The notes under the pieces are model-generated. The model searched no databases, was not told where the DNA came from, and saw nothing but the letters and a program-made list of their open reading frames with translations. This document shows positions 35,115-46,384 of a stretch of DNA of 55,080 nt, in pieces (positions within the stretch are counted from its first letter, which is position 1; each line of letters begins with the position of its first letter). Source of the stretch: Monosiga brevicollis MX1. Lineage: Eukaryota. Made by a program: the position numbers and the translations under genes. The stretch covers positions 1 through 55,080 of the forward strand of contig NW_001865086.1 of assembly GCF_000002865.3 (NCBI RefSeq), written 5' to 3'.

Positions 35115-38100
35115 CTAATTGGCCGTGTAGTATACAACCAGCTCGGGATACATTTGGGCATTCTTAAACACCACCACCTCGTGGAATTCCCCAGAGGGTG
35201 TCGCGACGACCGAGTCATACCTAAAGAGAATTCAATGGCAAATGCAACAAGTCAGATCAGGTGGTGGACAGAGGTACCCTGCTGAAGACAACATGCAATA
35301 GGCAGGCGATTTTGTCCGACGCACCGCTCGTTGTTGGGCGCAGCGGGCAGGAGCGGTGGCGCCAGCGCCCCAGAAGGAGGTGATGGATGGACAAAGGCAT
35401 GACCCAGCAGGGCTCGCGTGATGACGAGCATCCGTTCGCCGTTGGGTCCAGTATTGGTGTACCGGTGACTCTGAGATCATGTAAGCACATTGCGTCAGCA
35501 CCACAGCACTTGGGTAAACAGGCGAGATTGATAGCCAGCGCAGTGCTGCCCTACCTTGCCGGGATGGTCCGCCAAGTAAACACCGAGACCGAATCGGTGG
35601 CCGACGTTGTTACCCGCAAAGCGATAGTCAAGGCCCAGGCGCACAATCTTGTCGCGCAACATTGTGTCAGGGGCGATGCCGTGGAGCAACAGACGCTCTT
35701 GACAGGATGCATCGCGAAGCAGAGCTGGAGAGCCCGAGGGTGCATCTAATGTGGCCGTTTGGAGCTGATCATAGTGCACTTGACTTTTGATACGATGCAA
35801 CATCTCTCGTCGCTTGGCGCTGTAGCGCTCCCACAGCACGGGGTTGTGCACGCGCTCCACTCGTTGCACTGTGATATTCGCTGGTCCCCGCCCATCGGTG
35901 TTCAGCTGCTGCAGTAGCTCACCCACCTACCCACCCAGTAGGTTCAAATCAGACGATTCGTGGAAGAGAGAAAAAAAATCACAAGCAACGCACCTCTGAA
36001 ATGAGCTCGGGCGCATCGCGCAAGACATCAATGGCTGGCCCAACAACTTGGGTCGTGACAGGTCGTTCTGCGATTTGGCCGGCGCTGAAAAGGCTTGGCC
36101 GTTGCTTTGGATCTGCTGCCAGCAAGGCTCGCGTTTTCTTGTACAAATCGCTCGACGAATCGCACATCTGCATCAGAGACGCCAAAGTGAGTTCCAGTCA
36201 CTGAAAGGCGCAGTTGGTTCTTCGTTGTGGGTCAATAGGTATCGCACTATCGCTCACCTCAGCCGCCAAGTGCGGAAAACCGAAATTTGCATTTCCTGCT
36301 CCTGCATCCCATGTGCATTTGTCAACAAGCTGATCCGTGGGTAAACGAGCAGGCGGCACCGTTTGTGGATACATGTAGGTGTTGTAGACTACACAGCCAA
36401 AGGAAAAGGCATCCTGTGCCGGTCGTGCACCCACACGACCCATTCCAAATAGCACCTCCGGTGCCACATAGCCCGCCGTGCCCGACGATGCGGTGGCCGT
36501 GCATGGTAGCATGGTGGCTTCAGCGGCGGCCTTGGCAATGTCAAAATCGCCCAGCCGCACTACAGGCTGGTCCTCTGCACCGTCCAACATGATGTTGCTC
36601 AGCTTGACATCCCGATGCACCAGGCCCTTGCTGTGCATAAACGCCAGGGCCGAGCGCAGCTGCGTCATGAGTCCTGCTATCACGGTTGAGGTGGCCAGGT
36701 GGCGCGCCTTGCCGAGCCACTGCTGCAGATCCCCCTGTGTACACCACGGCTGCACCAAGTAGGCGCTGGGGTGGCCACTGTGTACGTCCACGAGCGCGCC
36801 AAGGACCGGGATGATGTGTGGGTGCTCGAGCTGGCGCATGGCGCGCAGTTCGCGCAGGAATGTACGGCACTGGTCCTGCTTGTGTTGCCGAGCAAAAGCA
36901 TACTCCTTGACGGCCAAATCTTGCTCAGGAAGATTCGGCAGCGCTGCACGAGCTTTGTACACCTTGTGGTTTTGGTTGTAATGGAGCTCAAGCTGACCCA
37001 GGCTGGAGAGCGACAATGTGCGATCCACTTCGGTCATGGCCTCCAAGATGAGGCTGGCTGGAAGGTCGGGTCCAAGCACTGTGCGGAGCCGCGCTCCCAG
37101 CGCGCTCTGTTCAGGGTGCAAAAAGATCAAGAGGGCTGGGAAGTGTTGGTGTAGCAGCTCTGCCAGTGCCGCCACCTGGTCCACCTGTGTTTGATCCGAT
37201 AGTTGTTGCTGCAAAGTGACCAGACGCTCCTTCATAGTTTGCAATCGAGCCTCGAGTTCAGCCTGCATCTCATCTGAAGCCAAAGGCAAGAATGCCGTGG
37301 TTGTCTGGATGTTCTTCTGCAGCTCGGCCACTTCTTCGTGGATGGATACGACTTGATCTGCGCTGCTCTGCGTGATGCCGCTTGCATACTCTTCGCACGA
37401 AGTCAGCACGGACAGCGTCGTGGCTTGCCAGTCGATCATGTCTTGCAACTGCTGCATCAGAGCTTGCGACTCGTGAAGCGCAAACGCCAGATACCAGTCT
37501 TGATGCTCATAGTCGTGCTCGACTCTCCAGGTTATCAGCTGCTCCAGGCCGTTCTGCTCGGGCAAGCTCAGCTTTTCGTGGGCTTGGCACAGCTCCTCCC
37601 AGGCCTCGGGCAATGCCTCGGCTGGAGGCGGTGCACTCACATCCAAGCCTTCCACACACTGCTCTAGTGTGTTCATGCGATGGTCCGTGTCAGTGATTCC
37701 CACTCTTGCCACAGCACGCAAGGCAGTAATCAGCGCCTTCGCCAGCTGCTGGAGGTTGCTGTTGGCGCTGGTGAGCAGCTCTTGACGCTTGGCTCCCACG
37801 TCGTGTAGCATGGCGACTTTGTCCAGGGCTGCACCGAGGTTGGCAGGCAGCGTTTCGGGTGCCATGGTCAGCGCGGTGGGTGGAGCGGGGCACGCTGCCA
37901 GCACGGTCTGAAGCTCGAGAAGCACCGGATGCAGCTCAAAACCAGCAGTGACACCGTGCAGCTCTTGCAGCACTGATTCTAGGTTGTCAGTGTTGGGGTC
38001 CAATTGCTTCAAGCGGTTGTTCAACGCTTCAGGCGCTGCCAGTGCCTGGTCGAGCGCGCCGAGAGCCTGGGTGGTGGTCGCCCGAAAGGCAGGCCAGTCC

Positions 38101-38291
38101 ATCGCCGGAAACTCTGGTGGCGCTTCATCGATGCTCCTCTGGATATCCGCAACTGCCGTTGCAAGATTGGGGGTTTGTTTGGCGGCACCGCTGATAAAGG
38201 CATCGAGGTGGGGGAGAGTATGGGTGGTGGTGCGCTCCGGCAGGAGGGGCCTGAGCCAGGTATCCACCGCCACCACAACAGAGGCCGTGGT
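35115..38291 (-). CDS. Helical-kinase-PARP protein, copy 2; ankyrin exons not seen (gap at 38311-38360)
   Basis: Kinase exon 38291-36258 open; the four downstream exons intact with LLHG, GVYLAD, FHEVVVF; TAG at 35115-35117. Confidence 0.85.
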
Positions 38292-38392
38292 CTAATGGAG
38301 GGTTGTGTGGNNNNNNNNNNNNNNNNNNNNNNNNNNNNNNNNNNNNNNNNNNNNNNNNNNTGTCTTGATACAAGACAGTGTCTGCCACATAC

Positions 38393-39324
38393 ATCGTTGA
38401 TGTTGGGATACACGAGCTCGTCAATCTCGGTCATGGCCGATTCCAAATCGGCCGGCTCCAGGTCCAGCTCGGGACGCTTGGCCAAATCGTTGAACTGTGA
38501 GTTGAACATGCCTAAAGGTCAAGGATATGTGCACGAGTCAGGCACCACACCAAGAGGTGAGCGCCACAAAGAGAACAGATCATCGGAAGAAATCCTCAAG
38601 TTGTCCTTGAAAAGGACAGAGGAAAGTTGTCTGATTGTGTTTTTTTTTTTTTTTTTCCTTTAAAGAAAAAAAGGCCAAGGGGTGGCGCGCGGGAGGCTTG
38701 GGGGCAGGCTGACGCACGGATGATTTCGCTGCTTTCATTGTTCACAATGGTCTAAAAAATGATCGCGAGCCCGCGGCATGCTTGATGAGATTGCGTCCGG
38801 GACGCATTGCAGGCCCGTGGAGGATGAACCAACCTGAGTCTTCTTATCAAAGAGGACGGGCACGGAAAGCTTCTTGTACGGATAGCCGGGCTGTGCCAAA
38901 TTGTAAACCTGGCAGATCATCGGTACATGATGGAAAAGGGTCATGAGGGCATGCTGGAGCGTGATGCCGCAAGCGGCCGCTGAAAGAAAAAGCCAAGGAA
39001 GGTCTCGGAGGAGCAATGACTGGTGCGTACGTCGTGAAGATACTCAAACTCTGGGTGAAGAGGATCGGGGTCCTCCTTGGTAAAGGGCCAGCCGCGGTAG
39101 GGCCGGCCATCATCGGGCCACTCCAGAAACCAGCCTAAAGCCGACGCGGGCCATGGAATAGCGCAGTGGTGTGGTGCCAACGGCGTGAGGGCAGGGCGTG
39201 GTCCTTGGGAAGGGTGGATGAGCAAAGCTGTGGCTGAGGGAGGAAGGGTGCGAAAAGCTAACCAAGCATGGTGACGGAGATGACGTCTTCGAGGCCCTTG
39301 AGCGAGCGCATCAAGAGGGCGCGG
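38393..39324 (-). CDS. Glutathionyl-hydroquinone reductase (ECM4/YqjG-type GST), partial duplicate bounded by gaps
   Basis: [45 protein letters not shown]...YPNIND; near-identical to 53965-54945. Confidence 0.8.
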
Positions 39325-39399
39325 NNNNNNNNNNNNNNNNNNNNNNNNNNNNNNNNNNNNNNNNNNNNNNNNNNGCAGGTAATTGACAAGGAGGACGTT

Positions 39400-40435
39400 G
39401 GCAGCTGACAAGAGCCTCCGCGCACGCGGATCATGGTCGTTGACTCGTACATGTTGTTGTTGAAGGTGGCATTGCGCACCGTGACGTTTTGCCCAAAGGT
39501 CTCGAGGCCAACGGTGGCTTGAAGCCTTAAAGCAAACCGGTCAGAGCCCTGGAGGAGGGTGTTCCTGCTGATATGGTGAATGTAGACGGCAAGCGCCATG
39601 TTAAGCCCGACATTATCAGAGAAATGGCCAAAGACGGAATCCTCTGCCAGGGTGTCGGTTCCAGAAATGTTGAGGCCATACCCTCCCAATTGCGCCAAGG
39701 ACTTGACGTTGCGCATCATTGTATTGTTGGTCGATGGGCCCGGCATGATGTTGCATGTATTGAATCCAAGAGCAAAGGGGAGACCATCCGAGTTGAGGGC
39801 CCAATTGATGTTCAAGTTCTCCAACAGCGTGTCTGTGCCTTGAATCAGAAGAACGGTGGAGAGGCCAAAAAGGACGCTCTCCCGGAGTGTTGTATTGACC
39901 GCTTCCTCCTGAACGAAGATGCAAAAGTAGGCATCAACGTACACGTGGTTCGGTTGTTCCATCCGATGGCAAGTGATTTGGTCCATGAGTACGTGGCTGG
40001 CAGCCGTCATGATACCCCCGCCAAAATTGTTGTACGTCACGATATTGCGCAGCACGACGTTGGCAGCTTGCGTCGCATAAATGCCTGGCATAGGTTGCGT
40101 GGAGACTTGTGGTAAAGTTTTCAACAAGTAAGTCGTTGCCGCGAACGATGGCCATTGGCGAGAAGTAGCCCATTGCAAAGCTCGCTCTGCTGGAGCAAGA
40201 TGGAAACGCCAACGATGTCATTACCCTAAGCGGAAATTCCTTCGATGTTTGAGGCCCCTCCGCCGAGTGAAAAGCCATGCCAGGAACAATGGTGAGCTTC
40301 ATTTTGGGACATCAAGTTGTGCCAGCCCCTGACCCGGATGCCGATGTAGCTGCTTCTGGTGGCAACGATGCGAGACAGGGTATTGTGGCTAGCAGAAAAG
40401 AAGAGACCGCTCGCCACCTTGTTCCAACTCCATAA
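39400..40435 (-). pseudogene. Right-handed parallel beta-helix (pectin-lyase-like) protein fragment, frameshifted
   Basis: Repeating xNxxlxN/GI patterns (ANVVLRNIVTYNNFGGGI, NTTLRES, DTLLENLNI, NTMMRNVKS, NVTVRNATF) spread over three frames with a stop; contig is flanked by gaps. Confidence 0.55.
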
Positions 40436-41256
40436 TCAAGCAATCGATGGTGGTGCCATTTCCATAAACGGAAAGGGCTGCGGTGGTGGTGACCGGGGAT
40501 AGGGGGTCAGGCCATCAGAGTGTGGTGCATGCCCANNNNNNNNNNNNNNNNNNNNNNNNNNNNNNNNNNNNNNNNNNNNNNNNNNNNNNNNNNNNNNNNN
40601 NNNNNNNNNNNNNNNNNNNNNNNNNNNNNNNNNNNNNNNNNNNNNNNNNNNNNNNNNNNNNNNNNNNNNNNNNNNNNNNNNNNNNNNNNNNNNNNNNNNN
40701 NNNNNNNNNNNNNNNNNNNNNNNNNNNNNNNNNNNNNNNNNNNNNNNNNNNNNNNNNNNNNNNNNNNNNNNNNNNNNNNNNNNNNNNNNNNNNNNNNNNN
40801 NNNNNNNNNNNNNNNNNNNNNNNNNNNNNNNNNNNNNNNNNNNNNNNNNNNNNNNNNNNNNNNNNNNNNNNNNNNNNNNNNNNNNNNNNNNNNNNNNNNN
40901 NNNNNNNNNNNNNNNNNNNNNNNNNNNNNNNNNNNNNNNNNNNNNNNNNNNNNNNNNNNNNNNNNNNNNNNNNNNNNNNNNNNNNNNNNNNNNNNNNNNN
41001 NNNNNNNNNNNNNNNNNNNNNNNNNNNNNNNNNNNNNNNNNNNNNNNNNNNNNNNNNNNNNNNNNNNNNNNNNNNNNNNNNNNNNNNNNNNNNNNNNNNN
41101 NNNNNNNNNNNNNNNNNNNNNNNNNNNNNNNNNNNNNNNNNNNNNNNNNNNNNNNNNNNNNNNNNNNNNNNNNNNNNNNNNNNNNNNNNNNNNNNNNNNN
41201 NNNNNNNNNNNNNNNNNNNNNNNNNNNNNNNNNNNNNNNNNNNNNNNNNNNNNNNN

Positions 41257-41345
41257 GTTTCGACGTGGCCAGCAGTCCCTCGGTTGACATGATGCCCGTG
41301 CAGTTTGAGCGCACACGTGAGACGTTGAAACGTTGGGTGCGAGGT
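41257..41345 (-). pseudogene. Duplicated 5' end of the TPC gene (MSTEGLLATS...), running into a gap
   Basis: Near-identical to 30381-30470. Confidence 0.7.
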
Positions 41346-42459
41346 TTCCTAAGCTGAAGAGCGCAGAGCGGGATGAGGAAAAGGAGAAGAAAAAGAAGAA
41401 GGGGGGCGAGGGGGAGGAGGGAGGAGGGGAAGGAGGGAGGAGGGGAAGGAGGGAGGAGGGGGAAAGGGCGGGGGGAACGTCGAGGAAGAGAATCGAGGTG
41501 GCGGAACAGGTGCATGCAAAATAAAAAGCAGGACTACCATCAAGCACATCAAATGGGGGCCGGGGCTATCAATCAGACCAAGGTCATTCCCCGATCAACA
41601 TACCCATGGGCATCAGCAGCAACCACATCAGCAGCAGCAGCAGCGGTAGCAGTAGCAGTAGCAGCCAGGTGAAGCGACAGGGCTATAGAATGTGCGTCCG
41701 CAGCTCTGCCACTGACAAAAAGGGATCAACCCCCCGTGAGCCAACGAACGCAGCAAGCAAGCACGCTTCTCCGCCCCACACACACGCACACACACACACA
41801 CGCATGTATAAACGGAAGGCTGAGGGGGTTCATCAAGCCATGAAGCCAGTGGTACGTACCAAGCAACGGCTGCGCGCGCACACGGCCCCGTCGAGACGAT
41901 GAAGAGGACGACGACGTGAGCTGCCGTAAAATACGAGAGAGAGAGAGAGAGAGATGTGGTGTGCGTTCTCATGCAGAGACACTATCAATCTGACAGTTTT
42001 AGCCAACGGAAAGTATAACGTATATCCAGAGATGGGGTGGTGGCGTGGACGTTTGGCCAGAGAGGTGTGCGTGGTTGTTGTTTTTTCTGTTGATGATTTG
42101 CTGGGCCAACTCACCGTCTTTTTGTCAGACAAAATGAGACGAAGGGAAGAGGGAGAGGGAGAGGGTAAAAGTGAGATATGTTTAGAGATATGAACAGGCA
42201 GGGGATGTGAGTACACGGGAAAACAAAGGCAAGAACAGGGAGAGAGAGGCGAAAAGGGATGTATCCAGAGAGACAAACATCTGCCACAGACTTCACCAAT
42301 TCAACCCTCTCTCCCTCAAAATCTCTCTCTCTGTGGTAGTTGTGCTTTTCCTTTGTGTCTTTGCTCTTTATTTCTCTCTTTCTCAAACCGACCAAACCAA
42401 TTCATCTCTCTCTCTCTCTCTCTACTCTCTCTCTCTCTAAATCTGTCTCTCTCTCTAAA

Positions 42460-42493
<34 letters not shown>

Positions 42494-43265
42494 CTAAATC
42501 TCCAAATCTCTCTCTCNNNNNNNNNNNNNNNNNNNNNNNNNNNNNNNNNNNNNNNNNNNNNNNNNNNNNNNNNNNNNNNNNNNNNNNNNNNNNNNNNNNN
42601 NNNNNNNNNNNNNNNNNNNNNNNNNNNNNNNNNNNNNNNNNNNNNNNNNNNNNNNNNNNNNNNNNNNNNNNNNNNNNNNNNNNNNNNNNNNNNNNNNNNN
42701 NNNNNNNNNNNNNNNNNNNNNNNNNNNNNNNNNNNNNTCATCTCCCTCTCTCTAAGTTCATCTCTCTCTCTCTAAATCTCCCTCTCTCTAAGTCTCTCTA
42801 AATTTCTCTCTCTCTCTCTCTCTCTCTCTAAATCTCCTCTAAATCTCTAAATCTCTAAATCTCTAAATTTCTCTCTAAATCTCTCTCTCTAAATCCCTCT
42901 CTCTCAATCTCTCGCTCTCTCTAAATCTCTCTCTCTAAATCTCTCTCTCTCAATCTCTCGCTCTCTCTAAATCTCTCTCTCTAAATCTCTCTCTCTAAAT
43001 CCCTCTCTCTCTAAATCTCTCTCTCTAAATCTCTCTCTCTAAATCCCTCTCTCTCAATCTCTCGCTCTCTCTAAATCTCTCTCTCTAAATCTCTCTCTCT
43101 CAATCTCTCGCTCTCTCTAAATCTCTCTCTCTAAATCTCTCTCTCTAAATCCCTCTCTCTCTAAATCTCTCTCTCTAAATCTCTCTCTCTCTTACTTAGG
43201 GGAGAGATGGGCAGAGCGCAGTAGAAGAGGTGAATTTATGTGCCTGCGTGTGTCTCAGGGAGTTT

Positions 43266-43307
<42 letters not shown>

Positions 43308-43344
43308 CGTGCGGCGCAACTCGCGGGCGTTGGCATCAATATGA

Positions 43345-43581
43345 GACGTTGTCACCGTCAACAGTCAAACGGCCAGCGTGACTGTGTCAGCCTTTGACAG
43401 CATTTCGTTGACGGCTGCCAACGAGCTCTCCCTCTCGGGGAACGCAATAGTTATGGATAACCTTCCGGTGCTGGCGGCTGATGCAGGGGCAGCCGCCTTT
43501 CAGCTCTGCGCTTGTGCTTCGGGCCAGCTCTACCGCGTGGCAAGCGGTGCCGCTTGTGCTACGGGCGTGTCTCTTTGCTAA
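43345..43581 (+). pseudogene. Sarcoglycan-like C-terminal fragment, second copy
   Basis: Same translation as 32127-32363. Confidence 0.55.
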
Positions 43582-44220
43582 GTAACCCGCCATATCCGCA
43601 GTCCAAGCTTGTTGTCCCTTGGACGTGTTTCGCGTAAACATGTTGATATGATGTCTGTGGATGTTCCAGTCGTCTCCTCTCTTCTTCTCTGAACTTGAGC
43701 TCGTACCTGTCGCCTTGAAACCAAGTCGATTTTGATTTTGATTTTTGTTTTTTTTTCTTTACAATGTTAAAGAGAAAAGCACAGTGTGCTAAGCGCCGAA
43801 AGCCGTGAATGGAGCGGTCTTCGAAGCATCCTCAATGCCAGTGCGATGTCTGAAGGTTTGGCAGTTGGCAAGCATAAAAACGTATTTTGACTGGCAGGCA
43901 GACGCTTCCTTCACCTGCCTACGTCGCAGAGTTGCCAAGCGCGATCCAGAGAGTGCAGGGGTTGCGATGTGATGATCGCCCACACAAGCCGGGCGCCGAA
44001 ATGAATCGTGAGGCACAGTTCGGCCTCTGTGATCTCAGAGTAAAGCGAGCACAACGCGCCGCGGACTTTGTGGCTGTGGCACGGGAAGAAGCCGAGATGA
44101 TGCGCATCCAAGAACGATATTATTCACGCATCACTCCAGTCAGTCCACGGTCGCGTTCAAATGCTCAAAAGCGAATCATGCGAGCAGAGAGGAAAGGATC
44201 TCAACACCAAAACCGAATGT

Positions 44221-45315
44221 TCACACGGCCTCGAGTTTGGCATCATTCGATCGTGTATAGGACACCACCAGCTCGGGATAGATGTGTGTATGGTCGTAGA
44301 TGGCCACCTTGCGAAATTCGCCACACGGTGTAGCGATCACCGAGTCATGTCTGTAGAAAAGGTCACAGGCAATCGTCGTGTCAGGTCCAAAGTCGACCAG
44401 AGGTACTCGCGGCTCAGAACCAACATGCAACGTGTCTGTCCGGCGCACCGCTCATTGTCTGGTGCGCCTGGCAAGAGCAGTGGGGCCAGTGCTCCACAAG
44501 GTGGTGCTTCATGGACCTAGGCATGACCCAACAAAACTCGCGTGACAATAAGCATGCGCTCGCCATCGAGTCCACCATTGGTGTCCTGATGACTCTCTAA
44601 AGTCATACACAAAAGCGCATCTGGTATCAGAGAACAGCAGCGCATTTCGATCAAATCAGTCGCAGTTTCAAACCCCACCTTGCCAAAAATGATCGAACAA
44701 GTAAACGCCAAGAACATAACTTGTGAAAGCCCGCGCGGCTACCAGCAAAGGGATGGTCGCGGCCCAAGCGCACAATCTTATCGCGCAGCGATTGCTCGGA
44801 CATGAAGCAGCCGGCGCCTTGACAGGGTGTATCACGAAGCAAAGCTGGACAGCCCGAGAGCACATCCGAGGTGGTGGTGACAAGTCGATTATAGTGCTCC
44901 TATCTTGTGAGGCGGTGCAGCATCTCCCGTCGCTTGCTGCTGTACCGTTCCCACAGCACGGGGGTTTTGCACACGTGCCACCCGCTGCCCTGCAGCGTTA
45001 CCTGGTCCTAGCCCGTCAGCACTCAGCTGCTGCTGCGGTTCAGCCACCTAGTCACACAATAAATTCAAATCAGTCGGCTTGTCAAGATAAAAAGAACAAT
45101 CTTAGTATGACGATGTCAGCAAGCAACGCACCTCTGACACGAGCTCGCACACGTCGCACAAAACGTCAATGGCTGGCCCAGCAACTTGGGCGCTGCACAC
45201 TCTGCCCGGTGCTGAAGAGAGTTGGGCGCTGCTTGAAATCTCTTGCAAGCAGGCCCTTGTTTCCTTGTACAAACCGCTCGTCGCCTCGCACACCTGCACA
45301 CAAACACCACATGTC

Positions 45316-45381
<66 letters not shown>

Positions 45382-45990
45382 AACAACAACAACAAGATTC
45401 GCCTCGGGCGAGAGGTCAGTCACCGGGTTTCAACTGTTGGAATATAGCAAACTTCCAATGCTTCTTGGGTTGCTGTCAACTCGGCCATACTGCGCTTTGC
45501 CATCTAGTCCAAACATAGCATGCCATTCATGCGAGTCCACTCGATGCAACAGTCGAGACGACACCTTGGTTTGCACACGGTCATTTGCTCGGCCGTGTCT
45601 CCAGAGTGCCGAGCTTGAGTGTGGATTAGGCTGCCAAGAGCGCTGGTCGTCTCGGCCAAGAGTCGATGAATTACAACCGCCGTCATCCAGAAGGTCGCGG
45701 CGTCCCCAAGCGTTGGCCGATACAGGTACGTGCTCGTTTGTCAATGAAATGCAGCATAGTCGCCGGGCGTGTCCAGCTTGCCTGGCTTCTCCAGCCAGCT
45801 ACTCAGCCTGTGCTCCAGAAGCTTGCTTAGCAACAAATACATGAAGATTAGCATGCTGATTTCCTGATCCATTTATGGAAAGGTATGCCGTTCATTCAGG
45901 GACAGCCAGCTGTCAGGCTCCACAGCATGTGAAAGGCCAGTTTTGGGTTTGCGAGGAAGCGGGCCGTGTTGAGGAGGCGTTTTGAAAAAA
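44221..45990 (-). pseudogene. Decayed module B (45293-44221) with upstream decayed exon, copy 3
   Basis: Frameshifts around the HG and GVY motifs; catalytic Glu position reads K (EFRKVAIY); expanded (AAC)n in the upstream intron. Confidence 0.85.
45315..45394. repeat. (AAC)n microsatellite
   Basis: Direct inspection; only about 4-5 units at the paralogous sites near 9310 and 34095. Confidence 0.95.
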
Positions 45991-46384
45991 AGGTTTGAAA
46001 GACGTCCGTCGGGACGAAACAAGAAATTTGGTGGTGTCGTGAGGTCAATTGAACCAGCTGCGGTCTGCAAGCATTCATAGTGACCAGACCAAGAGGTGTT
46101 ACAACAAACAAACAAACAATAACGAACAACGGTGAACACAAGCATATCGGACAAGACTGGCTGCAAAGACATTGCAAAGCTCGCGGGGTCGACGCATGTG
46201 CCCCCTAGAGGGAGGGCACGCCTCAGTTCGTGAAGGTGCGTATGTTAGTCAGGAAATGAAGTCGCGCCAGCTCCATAGGGGCTCCTGTGGGAAGACCCCT
46301 CATCGATAACGCTGATTGTGTGCAAAAGCATCAGGACAAAGGGCTCTGCCGCTCACAACAAACTAGCACCTAGTCCAGCTCATC

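Larger units (their letters stand above)
30381..38310. repeat. Segmental duplication unit, paralogous to ~41257-49560
   Basis: Same order in both: TPC 5' end and upstream region, CT satellite, sarcoglycan-like fragment, decayed module B, kinase-PARP. Confidence 0.9.

Noticed and set aside
40436..41547. Long ORFs spanning poly-X
   Set aside because: Artefacts of the N gap
44723..45844. 373-aa + strand ORF with poly-Thr
   Set aside because: Antisense to decayed module B and inflated by the (AAC)n tract
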